Below the pieces are notes generated by a model, which worked only from the letters and a program-made list of their open reading frames with translations, made no database searches and had not been told where the DNA came from. The position numbers were made by a program, and so were the translations under genes. A DNA stretch of 64,000 nt from Eledone cirrhosa (lineage: Eukaryota), in assembly GCA_964016885.1 (NCBI GenBank), contig OZ024742.1, forward strand, positions 1,550,001 through 1,614,000, read 5' to 3'. Shown here one piece after another: positions 35,773-48,300 of this stretch. Position 1 is the first letter of the stretch; every line of letters starts with the position of its first letter.

Positions 35773-38600
35773 GAAACTAAATCAGAACAACCTGCCATCC
35801 CCTGCACATAATCATAGACTGGAATCAAGGTACAAATTGTTGTCCTTGAATGCACGTAGTCTATGCAATAAGATTCATCTTTTTGACTCCTACGTCAAAA
35901 GTATCAACCCTGACTTCATTACAGTCACGGAAACTTGGGCACATCCCTTACTCTGTGATTGGGTTTTCAGCATGACTGGCTACAACCTGTTTCGTAAAGA
36001 CCGCATTAATCGTCGTGGTGGTGGTGTAATGGTCTACGTTCGGTCAAATCTGTCGGCAATTCCTTGTGCTGATTTGAACCAATCACAGCAGGAAGTTTTT
36101 TTTCTGTAATATACGTATGACCATGTCAACACTGCTACTTGGAGTCGTTTACCGTCTCCCAAATTACCATCAGGACACTCAACTTTGTGATATCCTCAGA
36201 GCTGCTGCCAGGAAGACAGCCACTTACGTTTTCATTGCAGGAGACTTCAATCACCCTGAGATTGACTGGGAAACCTTTCGTTGGCCGCCAAGTGCAAATG
36301 ACTTCCTTGAGCTAGTGCTGGACTCTAGTTGGTCCCAGGTGGTCACCTCCCCAACGAGAGGTGACAACACTTTGGACCTACTCTTCACCACTACTCCTGA
36401 AACAGTCATTAGTGTTACTGCTGAGGAACCTTTAGGTGACTCTGATCATGCTATGATCATTGCCAATCTATCCCTCATGGGCAGTAACAAGAACCACAAC
36501 CATCTCCAAACTGCTCACTTTGACTGGAATAAAGCGGACTGGAACTGTTACTGCACCGAGTTGCAACGGCCAAACTGGCTTGAGTTCTACGACTTGGAGA
36601 TGTCAACACTGTACTCCAGAACATCCTGAGCTTAATATGGACAGCATGTGCAGCATCGGTGCCACGTAAGCAGAAAAAACATCCCAAAGGTGCAATTTGG
36701 GAGACTGCAGCAGTCCGTCTTGCCAGAAAAGAACGGCGCAATGCTGAACGTGAGTACAAACTTCACAAATCAGACATTAATAGGAAGAAGCGAAATAGAT
36801 CGTCCAACCACCTCAAACAGGTGACAAAAAAGGCAGTGCTTCAATTTTAGCAGCGCATAGCAACCAGCCCTGACAGTAAGGTGTTCTGGAAGTATGTTCA
36901 CTCAAAGCAGAGGCTTCACTCTCCAGTTGGTCTTCTTCGCAATCCCCACACAAGCCAGGTTACTGACGACCCCAAGGAATGCGCAGAGCTCATTGCTGAA
37001 TGCTATGCACGCATTTTCACTATTGAAGACCAGAGTGTACCATCTCCACCACCTATGACACCGGACTCTATAACAACCATGGAATTTACACCTGCAATGC
37101 TGCGACGTCACCTAAAAAATAAACGCAACCATGCCTCTCCTGGTCTTGATGGTGTTACGTACCTGCTTCTTAAACGTGGTGGGTACTTCCTTCTGCACCA
37201 GTTATCACGCTTCTTCCAATTCTGTCTGAACAACTGTGCTACTCCAGAACAGTGGAAAACTGCCAGTGTCATTCCTCTGTTCAAAAAGGGTGACCACACA
37301 TCACCTGAGAACTATCGTCCAGTCAGTCTTACTAGTTGCATCGCCAAACTGATGGAATCCTGTGTCAGAGAAACACTTTGGAACTTCTGGAGCTCTCACA
37401 GTCTTATCCGGCCCTTGCAATTTGGATTTATCCCCAACTCCAGCTGCTGTGATCAACTTATAGAGTTTCTTGAAGACATCACCCGGATCACTGATGGCGG
37501 CTCATGGGTGGATGTTGTTTACCATGACTTTGCGAAAGCCTTCAATTCTGTGCCACACAAAAAGCTTATGGCAAAACTCTCTGCAATGGGTGTGAAGGAT
37601 GATCTTTTTAACTGGTTGAAGTCCTTCATTCTCAGTCGAAGAGAGGTATCACGGTTCTGGGACAGCATTCCTCACCATATGAGATGTCATCTGGTGTACC
37701 ACAGGCATCTGTTCTTGGCCCCCTTTTGTTTGTGGCATATATTAATGACATAGATGCCAACTTAAAGAATGCCACAGTACTAAAGTACGCAGACGACATC
37801 AAGCTGTACCTTGAGATAAAAAGGACATCCTGAACACTATAGATCTTGCTTGCAGTCTGACCTGGACACAACGCAACAATGGATCTCAGACTGGCAACTC
37901 AAGCTAGCTGTGGACAAGTGTACCACCATGCATTTTGGGAGTAAAAACCCAGCATCCCCATACTCCCTCCACAGCACTAATATCAAGAAGTCTTCTTGTG
38001 AATGTGACCTGGGCATTACGGTCAGCAGCGATTTGCGTTGGACGAAGCATGTCTCTAAAATTGTCAAGAGGGCCAAGGGTGTCTTAGCATCACTCAGCAA
38101 GACCTTTGTCAGCCGCTCTCCAGATATCTATTTAAGGCTGTACATGGCTATGGTGTGACCACACTTAGAATTTGCATCACCAGTCTGGAACCCCTATCTT
38201 ACTCAGAACATTAACCGCCTGGAAACTGTTCAGAGACGTGCAACCAAGCGAATACCCTCCATCAGGCATCTACCATACTCTGAGCGCCTTGCTTCCCTGG
38301 GCATGGATACATTGGAGCGCCTTACTTCCCTGGGCATGGATACATTGAAGCTCCGATGCCTGGCAACTGACTTGGTAAACACCCACAAAATTGTTAACCA
38401 TGTTGCCAACAACAACCCTGAGTACCTTTTTGATTTCCATGTGTCTAACACACGTGGACATACCACAAAGTCAGAAAACAGCACAGTTCCCATGACTTTC
38501 GGAAATATTTTTTCACGCTCAGAGTTGCTGAAGCATGGAACAAACTACCTGCATCGGTTGTTAGCTGTCGAGACACTGCATCCTTTAAGGCCTCCATGTT
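35770..38600 (+). pseudogene. CR1-group ORF2 (APE-RT), fragmented
   Basis: Several stops and frameshifts across track ORFs 35636-38683. 33-bp internal duplication at 38282-38347. Confidence 0.88.
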
Positions 38601-38749
38601 TCCCAAGATCCACCAACACTACAGCTAACACATACTTCCCTGACATTTGTGTATTATTCTATGTACTATACATACATCTTTGACGAGTTGTAGTGCACCT
38701 GAGCACTTTACACAATAATTTCATTATATTATTATATTATATATATCTT

Positions 38750-39051
38750 TACAGCTGAGTAAACTGGAGCAATGTGAAATAAAGGGTCTTTCTTTGAGCA
38801 AGACACTTTATTTCACATTGCTCCAGTTTACTCAGCTGTAGAAATGAGATGATAGGGACTGGAGTCCCTATCATTCCACGGCAAAAAAGCACCCAGCACT
38901 CTCTGTAAATGAGGTTGGTGTTAGGAAGGGCATCCAGCTGTAGAAATCAAGCCAGAATCAGTTCCCATATGAGCCGGACACTGCCCACAACAGGACAACC
39001 CGTCTAACCCATGCTAACGTGGAAGAATGGACGTAAAACGATGATGATGAT
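38750..39051 (+). mobile_element. 5'-truncated SINE family 1 variant with 44-bp inverted 5' duplication and RTE-B terminus
   Basis: 38750-38793 is the reverse complement of 38797-38840 (2 mismatches). 3' end matches 12110-12190. Confidence 0.88.
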
Positions 39052-39303
39052 GTGTGTGTATTATATACAGCATTATTTGTGTGTGTATTATATACACCGT
39101 TATGTATGTGTATTATATACACTGTTATGCCAAATTTGAAAACTTACACCAGTTTGTTGACCTAGTTACATTCCATGACCTAGATTATATGTAAATATAG
39201 ATTAATGACCCCTTTCTGTTGTCTCCATAGCAACCTAGATCTGTCATAGTTACCGAGCTGAAGTAATCAGTTGGATTATGAAAATGACAGAGGTTTCACC
39301 CAC

Positions 39304-42300
39304 CCCTATAGCATTGCCTCTCTTCTCTCCCACCCCACAGTACTACTCCCCCTATAGCATTGCCTCTCTTCTCTCCCACCCCACAGCACTACTCCCCCTA
39401 TAGCATTGCCTCTCTTCTCTCCCACCCCACAGCACTACTCCCCCTATAGCATTGCCTCTCTTCTCTCCCACCCCACAGCACTACTCCCCCTATAGCATTG
39501 CCTCTCTTCTCTCCCACCCCACAGCACTACTCCCCCTATAGCATTGCCTCTCTTCTCTCCCACCGCACAGCACTACTCCCCCTATAGCATTGCCTCTCTT
39601 CTCTCCCACCCCACAGCACTACTCCCCCTATAGCATTGCCTCTCTTCTCTCCCACCCCACAGTACTACTCCCCCTATAGCATTGCCTCTCTTCTCTCCCA
39701 CCCCACAGCACTACTCCCCCTATAGCATTGCCTCTCTTCTCTCCCACCCCACAGCACTACTCCCCCTATAGCATTGCCTCTCTTCTCTCCCACCCCACAG
39801 CACTACTCCCCCTATAGCATTGCCTCTCTTCTCTCCCACCCCACAGCACTACTCCCCCTATAGCATTGCCTCTCTTCTCTCCCACCGCACAGCACTACTC
39901 CCCCTATAGCATTGCCTCTCTTCTCTCCCACCCCACAGTACTACTCCCCCTATAGCATTGCCTCTCTTCTCTCCCACCCCACAGTACTACTCCCCCTATA
40001 GCATTGCCTCTCTTCCCTTCTCTCCCCACAGCACTACTCCCCCTATAGCATTGCCTCTCTTCTCTCCCACCCCACAGCACTACTCCCCCTATAGCATTGC
40101 CTCTCTTCTCTCCCACCCCACAGCACTACTCCCCCTATAGCATTGCCTCTCTTCTCTCCCACCCCACAGTACTACTCCCCCTATAGCATTGCCTCTCTTC
40201 CCTTCTCTCCCCACAGCACTACTCCCCCTATAGCATTGCCTCTCTTCCCTTCTCTCCCCACAGCACTACTCCCCCTATAGCATTGCCTCTCTTCTCTCCC
40301 ACCCCACAGCACTACTCCCCCTATAGCATTGCCTCTCTTCTCTCCCACCCCACAGCACTACTCCCCCTATAGCATTGCCTCTCTTCTCTCCCACCCCACA
40401 GCACTACTCCCCCTATAGCATTGCCTCTCTTCCCTTCTCTCCCCACAGCACTACTCCCCCTATAGCATTGCCTCTCACTCTCCCACCCCACAGCACTACT
40501 CCCCCTATAGCATTGCCTCTCTTCTCTCCCACCCCACAGCACTACTCCCCCTATAGCATTGCCTCTCTTCTCTCCCACCCCACAGCACTACTCCCCCTAT
40601 AGCATTGCCTCTCTTCTCTCCCACCCCACAGCACTACTCCCCCTATAGCATTGCCTCTCTTCCCTTCTCTCCCCACAGCACTACTCCCCCTATAGCATTG
40701 CCTCTCACTCTCCCACCCCACAGCACTACTCCCCCTATAGCATTGCCTCTCTTCTCTCCCACCCCACAGCACTACTCCCCCTATAGCATTGCCTCTCTTC
40801 TCTCCCACCCCACAGCACTACTCCCCCTATAGCATTGCCTCTCTTCTCTCCCACCCCACAGCACTACTCCCCCTATAGCATTGCCTCTCTTCTCTCCCAC
40901 CCCACAGCACTACTCCCCCTATAGCATTGCCTCTCTTCCCTTCTCTCCCCACAGCACTACTCCCCCTATAGCATTGCCTCTCTTCTCTCCCACCCCACAG
41001 TACTACTCCCCCTATAGCATTGCCTCTCTTCTCTTCCACCCCACAGTACTACTCCCCCTATAGCATTGCCTCTCTTCTCTCCCACCCCACAGTACTACTC
41101 CCCCTATAGCATTGCCTCTCTTCTCTCCCACCCCACAGTACTACTCCCTCTATAGCATTGCCTCTCTTCCCTTCTCTCCCCACAGCACTACTCCCCCTAT
41201 AGCATTGCCTCTCTTCCCTTCTCTCCCCACAGCACTACTCCCCCTATAGCATTGCCTCTCTTCTCTCCCACCCCACAGCACTACTCCCCCTATAGCATTG
41301 CCTCTCTTCTCTCCCACCCCACAGCACTACTCCCCCTATAGCATTGCCTCTCTTCCCTTCTCTCCCCACAGCACTACTCCCCCTATAGCATTGCCTCTCT
41401 TCTCTCCCACCCCACAGCACTACTCCCCCTATAGCATTGCCTCTCTTCTCTCCCACCCCACAGCACTACTCCCCCTATAGCATTGCCTCTCTTCTCTCCC
41501 ACCCCACAGTACTACTCCCCCTATAGCATTGCCTCTCTTCCCTTCTCTCCCCACAGCACTACTCCCCCTATAGCATTGCCTCTCTTCTCTCCCACCCCAC
41601 AGCACTACTCCCCCTATAGCATTGCCTCTCTTCTCTCCCACCCCCCAGCACTACTCCCCCTATAGCATTGCCTCTCTTCTCTCCCACCCCACAGTACTAC
41701 TCCCCCTATAGCATTGCCTCTCTTCCCTTCTCTCCCCACAGCACTACTCCCCCTATAGCATTGCCTCTCTTCCCTTCTCTCCCCACAGCACTACTCCCCC
41801 TATAGCATTGCCTCTCTTCTCTCCCACCCCACAGTACTACTCCCCCTATAGCATTGCCTCTCTTCCCTTCTCTCCCCACAGCACTACTCCCCCTATAGCA
41901 TTGCCTCTCTTCCCTTCTCTCCCCACAGCACTACTCCCCCTATAGCATTGCCTCTCTTCTCTCCCACCCCACAGCACTACTCCCCCTATAGCATTGCCTC
42001 TCTTCTCTCCCACCCCACAGCACTACTCCCCCTATAGCATTGCCTCTCTTCTCTCCCACCCCACAGTACTACTCCCCCTATAGCATTGCCTCTCTTCCCT
42101 TCTCTCCCCACAGCACTACTCCCCCTATAGCATTGCCTCTCTTCTCTCCCACCCCACAGCACTACTCCCCCTATAGCATTGCCTCTCTTCTCTCCCACCC
42201 CACAGCACTACTCCCCCTATAGCATTGCCTCTCTTCTCTCCCACCCCACAGCACTACTCCCCCTATAGCATTGCCTCTCTTCTCTCCCACCCCACAGCAC

Positions 42301-45300
42301 TACTCCCCCTATAGCATTGCCTCTCTTCTCTCCCACCCCACAGCACTACTCCCCCTATAGCATTGCCTCTCTTCTCTCCCACCCCACAGCACTACTCCCC
42401 CTATAGCATTGCCTCTCTTCTCTCCCACCCCACAGTACTACTCCCCCTATAGCATTGCCTCTCTTCCCTTCTCTCCCCACAGCACTACTCCCCCTATAGC
42501 ATTGCCTCTCTTCTCTCCCACCCCACAGCACTACTCCCCCTATAGCATTGCCTCTCTTCTCTCCCACCCCACAGCACTACTCCCCCTATAGCATTGCCTC
42601 TCTTCTCTCCCACCCCACAGCACTACTCCCCCTATAGCAATGCCTCTCTTCTCTCCCACCCCACAGCACTACTCCCCCTATAGCATTGCCTCTCTTCTCT
42701 CCCACCCCACAGCACTACTCCCCCTATAGCATTGCCTCTCTTCTCTCCCACCCCACAGCACTACTCCCCCTATAGCATTGCCTCTCTTCTCTCCCACCCC
42801 ACAGTACTACTCCCCCTATAGCATTGCCTCTCTTCCCTTCTCTCCCCACAGCACTACTCCCCCTATAGCATTGCCTCTCTTCTCTCCCACCCCACAGCAC
42901 TACTCCCCCTATAGCATTGCCTCTCTTCTCTCCCACCCCACAGCACTACTCCCCCTATAGCATTGCCTCTCTTCTCTCCCACCCCACAGCACTACTCCCC
43001 CTATAGCATTGCCTCTCTTCTCTCCCACCCCACAGCACTACTCCCCCTATAGCATTGCCTCTCTTCTCTCCCACCCCACAGCACTACTCCCCCTATAGCA
43101 TTGCCTCTCTTCCCTTCTCTCCCCACAGCACTACTCCCCCTATAGCATTGCCTCTCTTCTCTCCCACCCCACAGTACTACTCCACCTATAGCATTGCCTC
43201 TCTTCCCTTCTCTCCCCACAGCACTACTCCCCCTATAGCATTGCCTCTCTTCTCTCCCACCCCACAGCACTACTCCCCCTATAGCATTGCCTCTCTTCTC
43301 TCCCACCCCACAGCACTACTCCCCCTATAGCATTGCCTCTCTTCCCTTCTCTCCCCACAGCACTACTCCCCCTATAGCATTGCCTCTCTTCTCTCCCACC
43401 CCACAGTACTACTCCCCCTATAGCATTGCCTCTCTTCCCTTCTCTCCCCACAGCACTACTCCCCCTATAGCATTGCCTCTCTTCTCTCCCACCCCACAGC
43501 ACTACTCCCCCTATAGCATTGCCTCTCTTCTCTCCCACCCCACAGCACTACTCCCCCTATAGCATTGCCTCTCTTCCCTTCTCTCCCCACAGCACTACTC
43601 CCCCTATAGCATTGCCTCTCTTCCCTTCTCTCCCCACAGCACTACTCCCCCTATAGCATTGCCTCTCTTCCCTTCTCTCCCCACAGCACTACTCCCCCTA
43701 TAGCATTGCCTCTCTTCTCTCCCACCCCACAGCACTACTCCCCCTATAGCATTGCCTCTCTTCTCTCCCACCCCACAGCACTACTCCCCCTATAGCATTG
43801 CCTCTCTTCCCTTCTCTCCCCACAGCACTACTCCCCCTATAGCATTGCCTCTCTTCCCTTCTCTCCCCACAGTACTACTCCCCCTATAGCATTGCCTCTC
43901 TTCCCTTCTCTCCCCACAGCACTACTCCCCCTATAGCATTGCCTCTCTTCTCTCCCACCCCACAGCACTACTCCCCCTATAGCATTGCCTCTCTTCTCTC
44001 CCACCCCACAGTACTACTCCCCCTATAGCATTGCCTCTCTTCCCTTCTCTCCCCACAGCACTACTCCCCCTATAGCATTGCCTCTCTTCTCTCCCACCCC
44101 ACAGCACTACTCCCCCTATAGCATTGCCTCTCTTCTCTCCCACCCCACAGCACTACTCCCCCTATAGCATTGCCTCTCTTCCCTTCTCTCCCCACAGCAC
44201 TACTCCCCCTATAGCATTGCCTCTCTTCTCTCCCACCCCACAGCACTACTCCCCCTATAGCATTGCCTCTCTTCTCTCCCACCCCACAGCACTACTCCCC
44301 CTATAGCATTGCCTCTCTTCCCTTCTCTCCCCACAGCACTACTCCCCCTATAGCATTGCCTCTCTTCTCTCCCACCCCACAGCACTACTCCCCCTATAGC
44401 ATTGCCTCTCTTCTCTCCCACCCCACAGCACTACTCCCCCTATAGCATTGCCTCTCTTCTCTCCCACCCCACAGTACTACTCCCCCTATAGCATTGCCTC
44501 TCTTCCCTTCTCTCCCCACAGCACTACTCCCCCTATAGCATTGCCTCTCTTCTCTCCCACCCCACAGCACTACTCCCCCTATAGCATTGCCTCTCTTCTC
44601 TCCCACCCCACAGCACTACTCCCCCTATAGCATTGCCTCTCTTCCCTTCTCTCCCCACAGCACTACTCCCCCTATAGCATTGCCTCTCTTCTCTCCCACC
44701 CCACAGCACTACTCCCCCTATAGCATTGCCTCTCTTCTCTCCCACCCCACAGCACTACTCCCCCTATAGCATTGCCTCTCTTCTCTCCCACCCCACAGTA
44801 CTACTCCCCCTATAGCATTGCCTCTCTTCCCTTCTCTCCCCACAGCACTACTCCCCCTATAGCATTGCCTCTCTTCTCTCCCACCCCACAGCACTACTCC
44901 CCCTATAGCATTGCCTCTCTTCTCTCCCACCCCACAGCACTACTCCCCCTATAGCATTGCCTCTCTTCCCTTCTCTCCCCACAGCACTACTCCCCCTATA
45001 GCATTGCCTCTCTTCTCTCCCACCCCACAGCACTACTCCCCCTATAGCATTGCCTCTCTTCTCTCCCACCCCACAGCACTACTCCCCCTATAGCATTGCC
45101 TCTCTTCCCTTCTCTCCCCACAGCACTACTCCCCCTATAGCATTGCCTCTCTTCTCTCCCACCCCACAGCACTACTCCCCCTATAGCATTGCCTCTCTTC
45201 CCTTCTCTCCCCACAGCACTACTCCCCCTATAGCATTGCCTCTCTTCTCTCCCACCCCACAGCACTACTCCCCCTATAGCATTGCCTCTCTTCCCTTCTC

Positions 45301-48300
45301 TCCCCACAGCACTACTCCCCCTGTAGCATTGCCTCTCTTCTCTCCCACCCCACAGTACTACTCCCCCTATAGCATTGCCTCTCTTCCCTTCTCTCCCCAC
45401 AGCACTACTCCCCCTATAGCATTGCCTCTCTTCTCTCCCACCCCACAGCACTACTCCCCCTATAGCATTGCCTCTCTTCTCTCCCACCCCACAGCACTAC
45501 TCCCCCTATAGCATTGCCTCTCTTCCCTTCTCTCCCCACAGCACTACTCCCCCTATAGCATTGCCTCTCTTCTCTCCCACCCCACAGTACTACTCCCCCT
45601 ATAGCATTGCCTCTCTTCCCTTCTCTCCCCACAGCACTACTCCCCCTATAGCATTGCCTCTCTTCTCTCCCACCCCACAGCACTACTCCCCCTATAGCAT
45701 TGCCTCTCTTCTCTCCCACCCCACAGCACTACTCCCCCTATAGCATTGCCTCTCTTCTCTCCCACCCCACAGTACTACTCCCCCTATAGCATTGCCTCTC
45801 TTCCCTTCTCTCCCCACAGCACTACTCCCCCTATAGCATTGCCTCTCTTCCCTTCTCTCCCCACAGCACTACTCCCCCTATAGCATTGCCTCTCTTCCCT
45901 TCTCTCCCCACAGCACTACTCCCCCTATAGCATTGCCTCTCTTCCCTTCTCTCCCCACAGCACTACTCCCCCTATAGCATTGCCTCTCTTCCCTTCTCTC
46001 CCCACAGTACTACTCCCCCTATATAATTGCCTCTCTTCCCTTCTCTCCCCACAGCACTACTCCCCCTATAGCATTGCCTCTCTTCCCTTCTCTCCCCACA
46101 GCACTACTCCCCCTATAGCATTGCCTCTCTTCTCTCCCACCCCACAGTACTACTCCCCCTATAGCATTGCCTCTCTTCCCTTCTCTCCCCACAGCACTAC
46201 TCCCCCTATAGCATTGCCTCTCTTCTCTCCCACCCCACAGTACTACTCCCCCTATAGCATTGCCTCTCTTCCCTTCTCTCCCCACAGCACTACTCCCCCT
46301 ATAGCATTGCCTCTCTTCCCTTCTCTCCCCACAGCACTACTCCCCCTATAGCATTGCCTCTCTTCTCTCCCACCCCACAGTACTACTCCCCCTATAGCAT
46401 TGCCTCTCTTCCCTTCTCTCCCCACAGCACTACTCCCCCTATAGCATTGCCTCTCTTCTCTCCCACCCCACAGCACTACTCCCCCTATAGCATTGCCTCT
46501 CTTCCCTTCTCTCCCCACAGCACTACTCCCCCTATAGCATTGCCTCTCTTCTCTCCCACCCCACAGCACTACTCCCCCTATAGCATTGCCTCTCTTCTCT
46601 CCCACCCCACAGCACTACTCCCCCTATAGCATTGCCTCTCTTCTCTCCCACCCCACAGCACTACTCCCCCTATAGCATTGCCTCTCTTCTCTCCCACCCC
46701 ACAGCACTACTCCCCCTATAGCATTGCCTCTCTTCTCTCCCACCCCACAGCACTACTCCCCCTATAGCATTGCCTCTCTTCTCTCCCACCCCACAGTACT
46801 ACTCCCCCTATAGCATTGCCTCTCTTCTCTCCCACCCCACAGCACTACTCCCCCTATAGCATTGCCTCTCTTCTCTCCCACCCCACAGCACTACTCCCCC
46901 TATAGCATTGCCTCTCTTCTCTCCCACCCCACAGCACTACTCCCCCTATAGCATTGCCTCTCTTCTCTCCCACCCCACAGCACTACTCCCCCTATAGCAT
47001 TGCCTCTCTTCTCTCCCACCCCACAGTACTACTCCCCCTATAGCATTACCTCTCTTCTCTCCCACCCCACAGCACTACTCCCCCTATAGCATTGCCTCTC
47101 TTCTCTCCCACCCCACAGTACTACTCCCCCTATAGCATTGCCTCTCTTCCCTTCTCTCCCCACAGCACTACTCCCCCTATAGCATTGCCTCTCTTCTCTC
47201 CCACCCCACAGTACTACTCCCCCTATAGCATTGCCTCTCTTCTCTCCCACCCCACAGTACTACTCCCCCTATAGCATTGCCTCTCTTCCCTTCTCTCCCC
47301 ACAGCACTACTCCCCCTATAGCATTGCCTCTCTTCTCTCCCACCCCACAGCACTACTCCCCCTATAGCATTGCCTCTCTTCTCTCCCACCCCACAGCACT
47401 ACTCCCCCTATAGCATTGCCTCTCTTCTCTCCCACCCCACAGCACTACTCCCCCTATAGCATTGCCTCTCTTCTCTCCCACCCCACAGCACTACTCCCCC
47501 TATAGCATTGCCTCTCTTCTCTCCCACCCCACAGTACTACTCCCCCTATAGCATTGCCTCTCTTCTCTCCCACTCCACAGCACTACTCCCCCTATAGCAT
47601 TGCCTCTCTTCTCTCCCACCCCACAGTACTACTCCCCCTATAGCATTGCCTCTCTTCTCTCCCACCCTACAGTACTACTCCCCCTATAGCATTGCCTCTC
47701 TTCTCTCCCACCCCACAGCACTACTCCCCCTATAGCATTGCCTCTCTTCCCTTCTCTCCCCACAGTACTACTCCCCCTATAGCATTGCCTCTCTTCCCTT
47801 CTCTCCCCACAGCACTACTCCCCCTATAGCATTGCTTCTCTTCTCTCCCACCCCACAGCACTACTCCCCCTATAGCATTGCCTCTCTTCTCTCCCACCCC
47901 ACAGCACTACTCCCCCTATAGCATTGCCTCTCTTCTCTCCCACCCCACAGCACTACTCCCCCTATAGCATTGCCTCTCTTCTCTCCCCACAGCACTACTC
48001 CCCCTATAGCATTGCCTCTCTTCTCTCCCACCCCACAGCACTACTCCCCCTATAGCATTGCCTCTCTTCTCTCCCACCCCACAGCACTACTCCCCCTATA
48101 GCATTGCCTCTCTTCTCTCCCACCCCACAGCACTACTCCCCCTATAGCATTGCCTCTCTTCTCTCCCACCCCACAGCACTACTCCCCCTATAGCATTGCC
48201 TCTCTTCTCTCCCACCCCACAGCACTACTCCCCCTATAGCATTGCCTCTCTTCTCTCCCACCCCACAGTACTACTCCCCCTATAGCATTGCCTCTCTTCT

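Larger units (their letters stand above)
34430..38740 (+). mobile_element. CR1/L2-group LINE, near full length, ORF2 disrupted
   Basis: ORF1 followed by ORF2 fragments: APE (LNARSL, VTETW, GDFNHP, LGDSDH), RT (NYRPVSLTS, QFGF, DFAKAF, KYADD) and (ATT)-rich tail. 5' boundary approximate. Confidence 0.9.
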
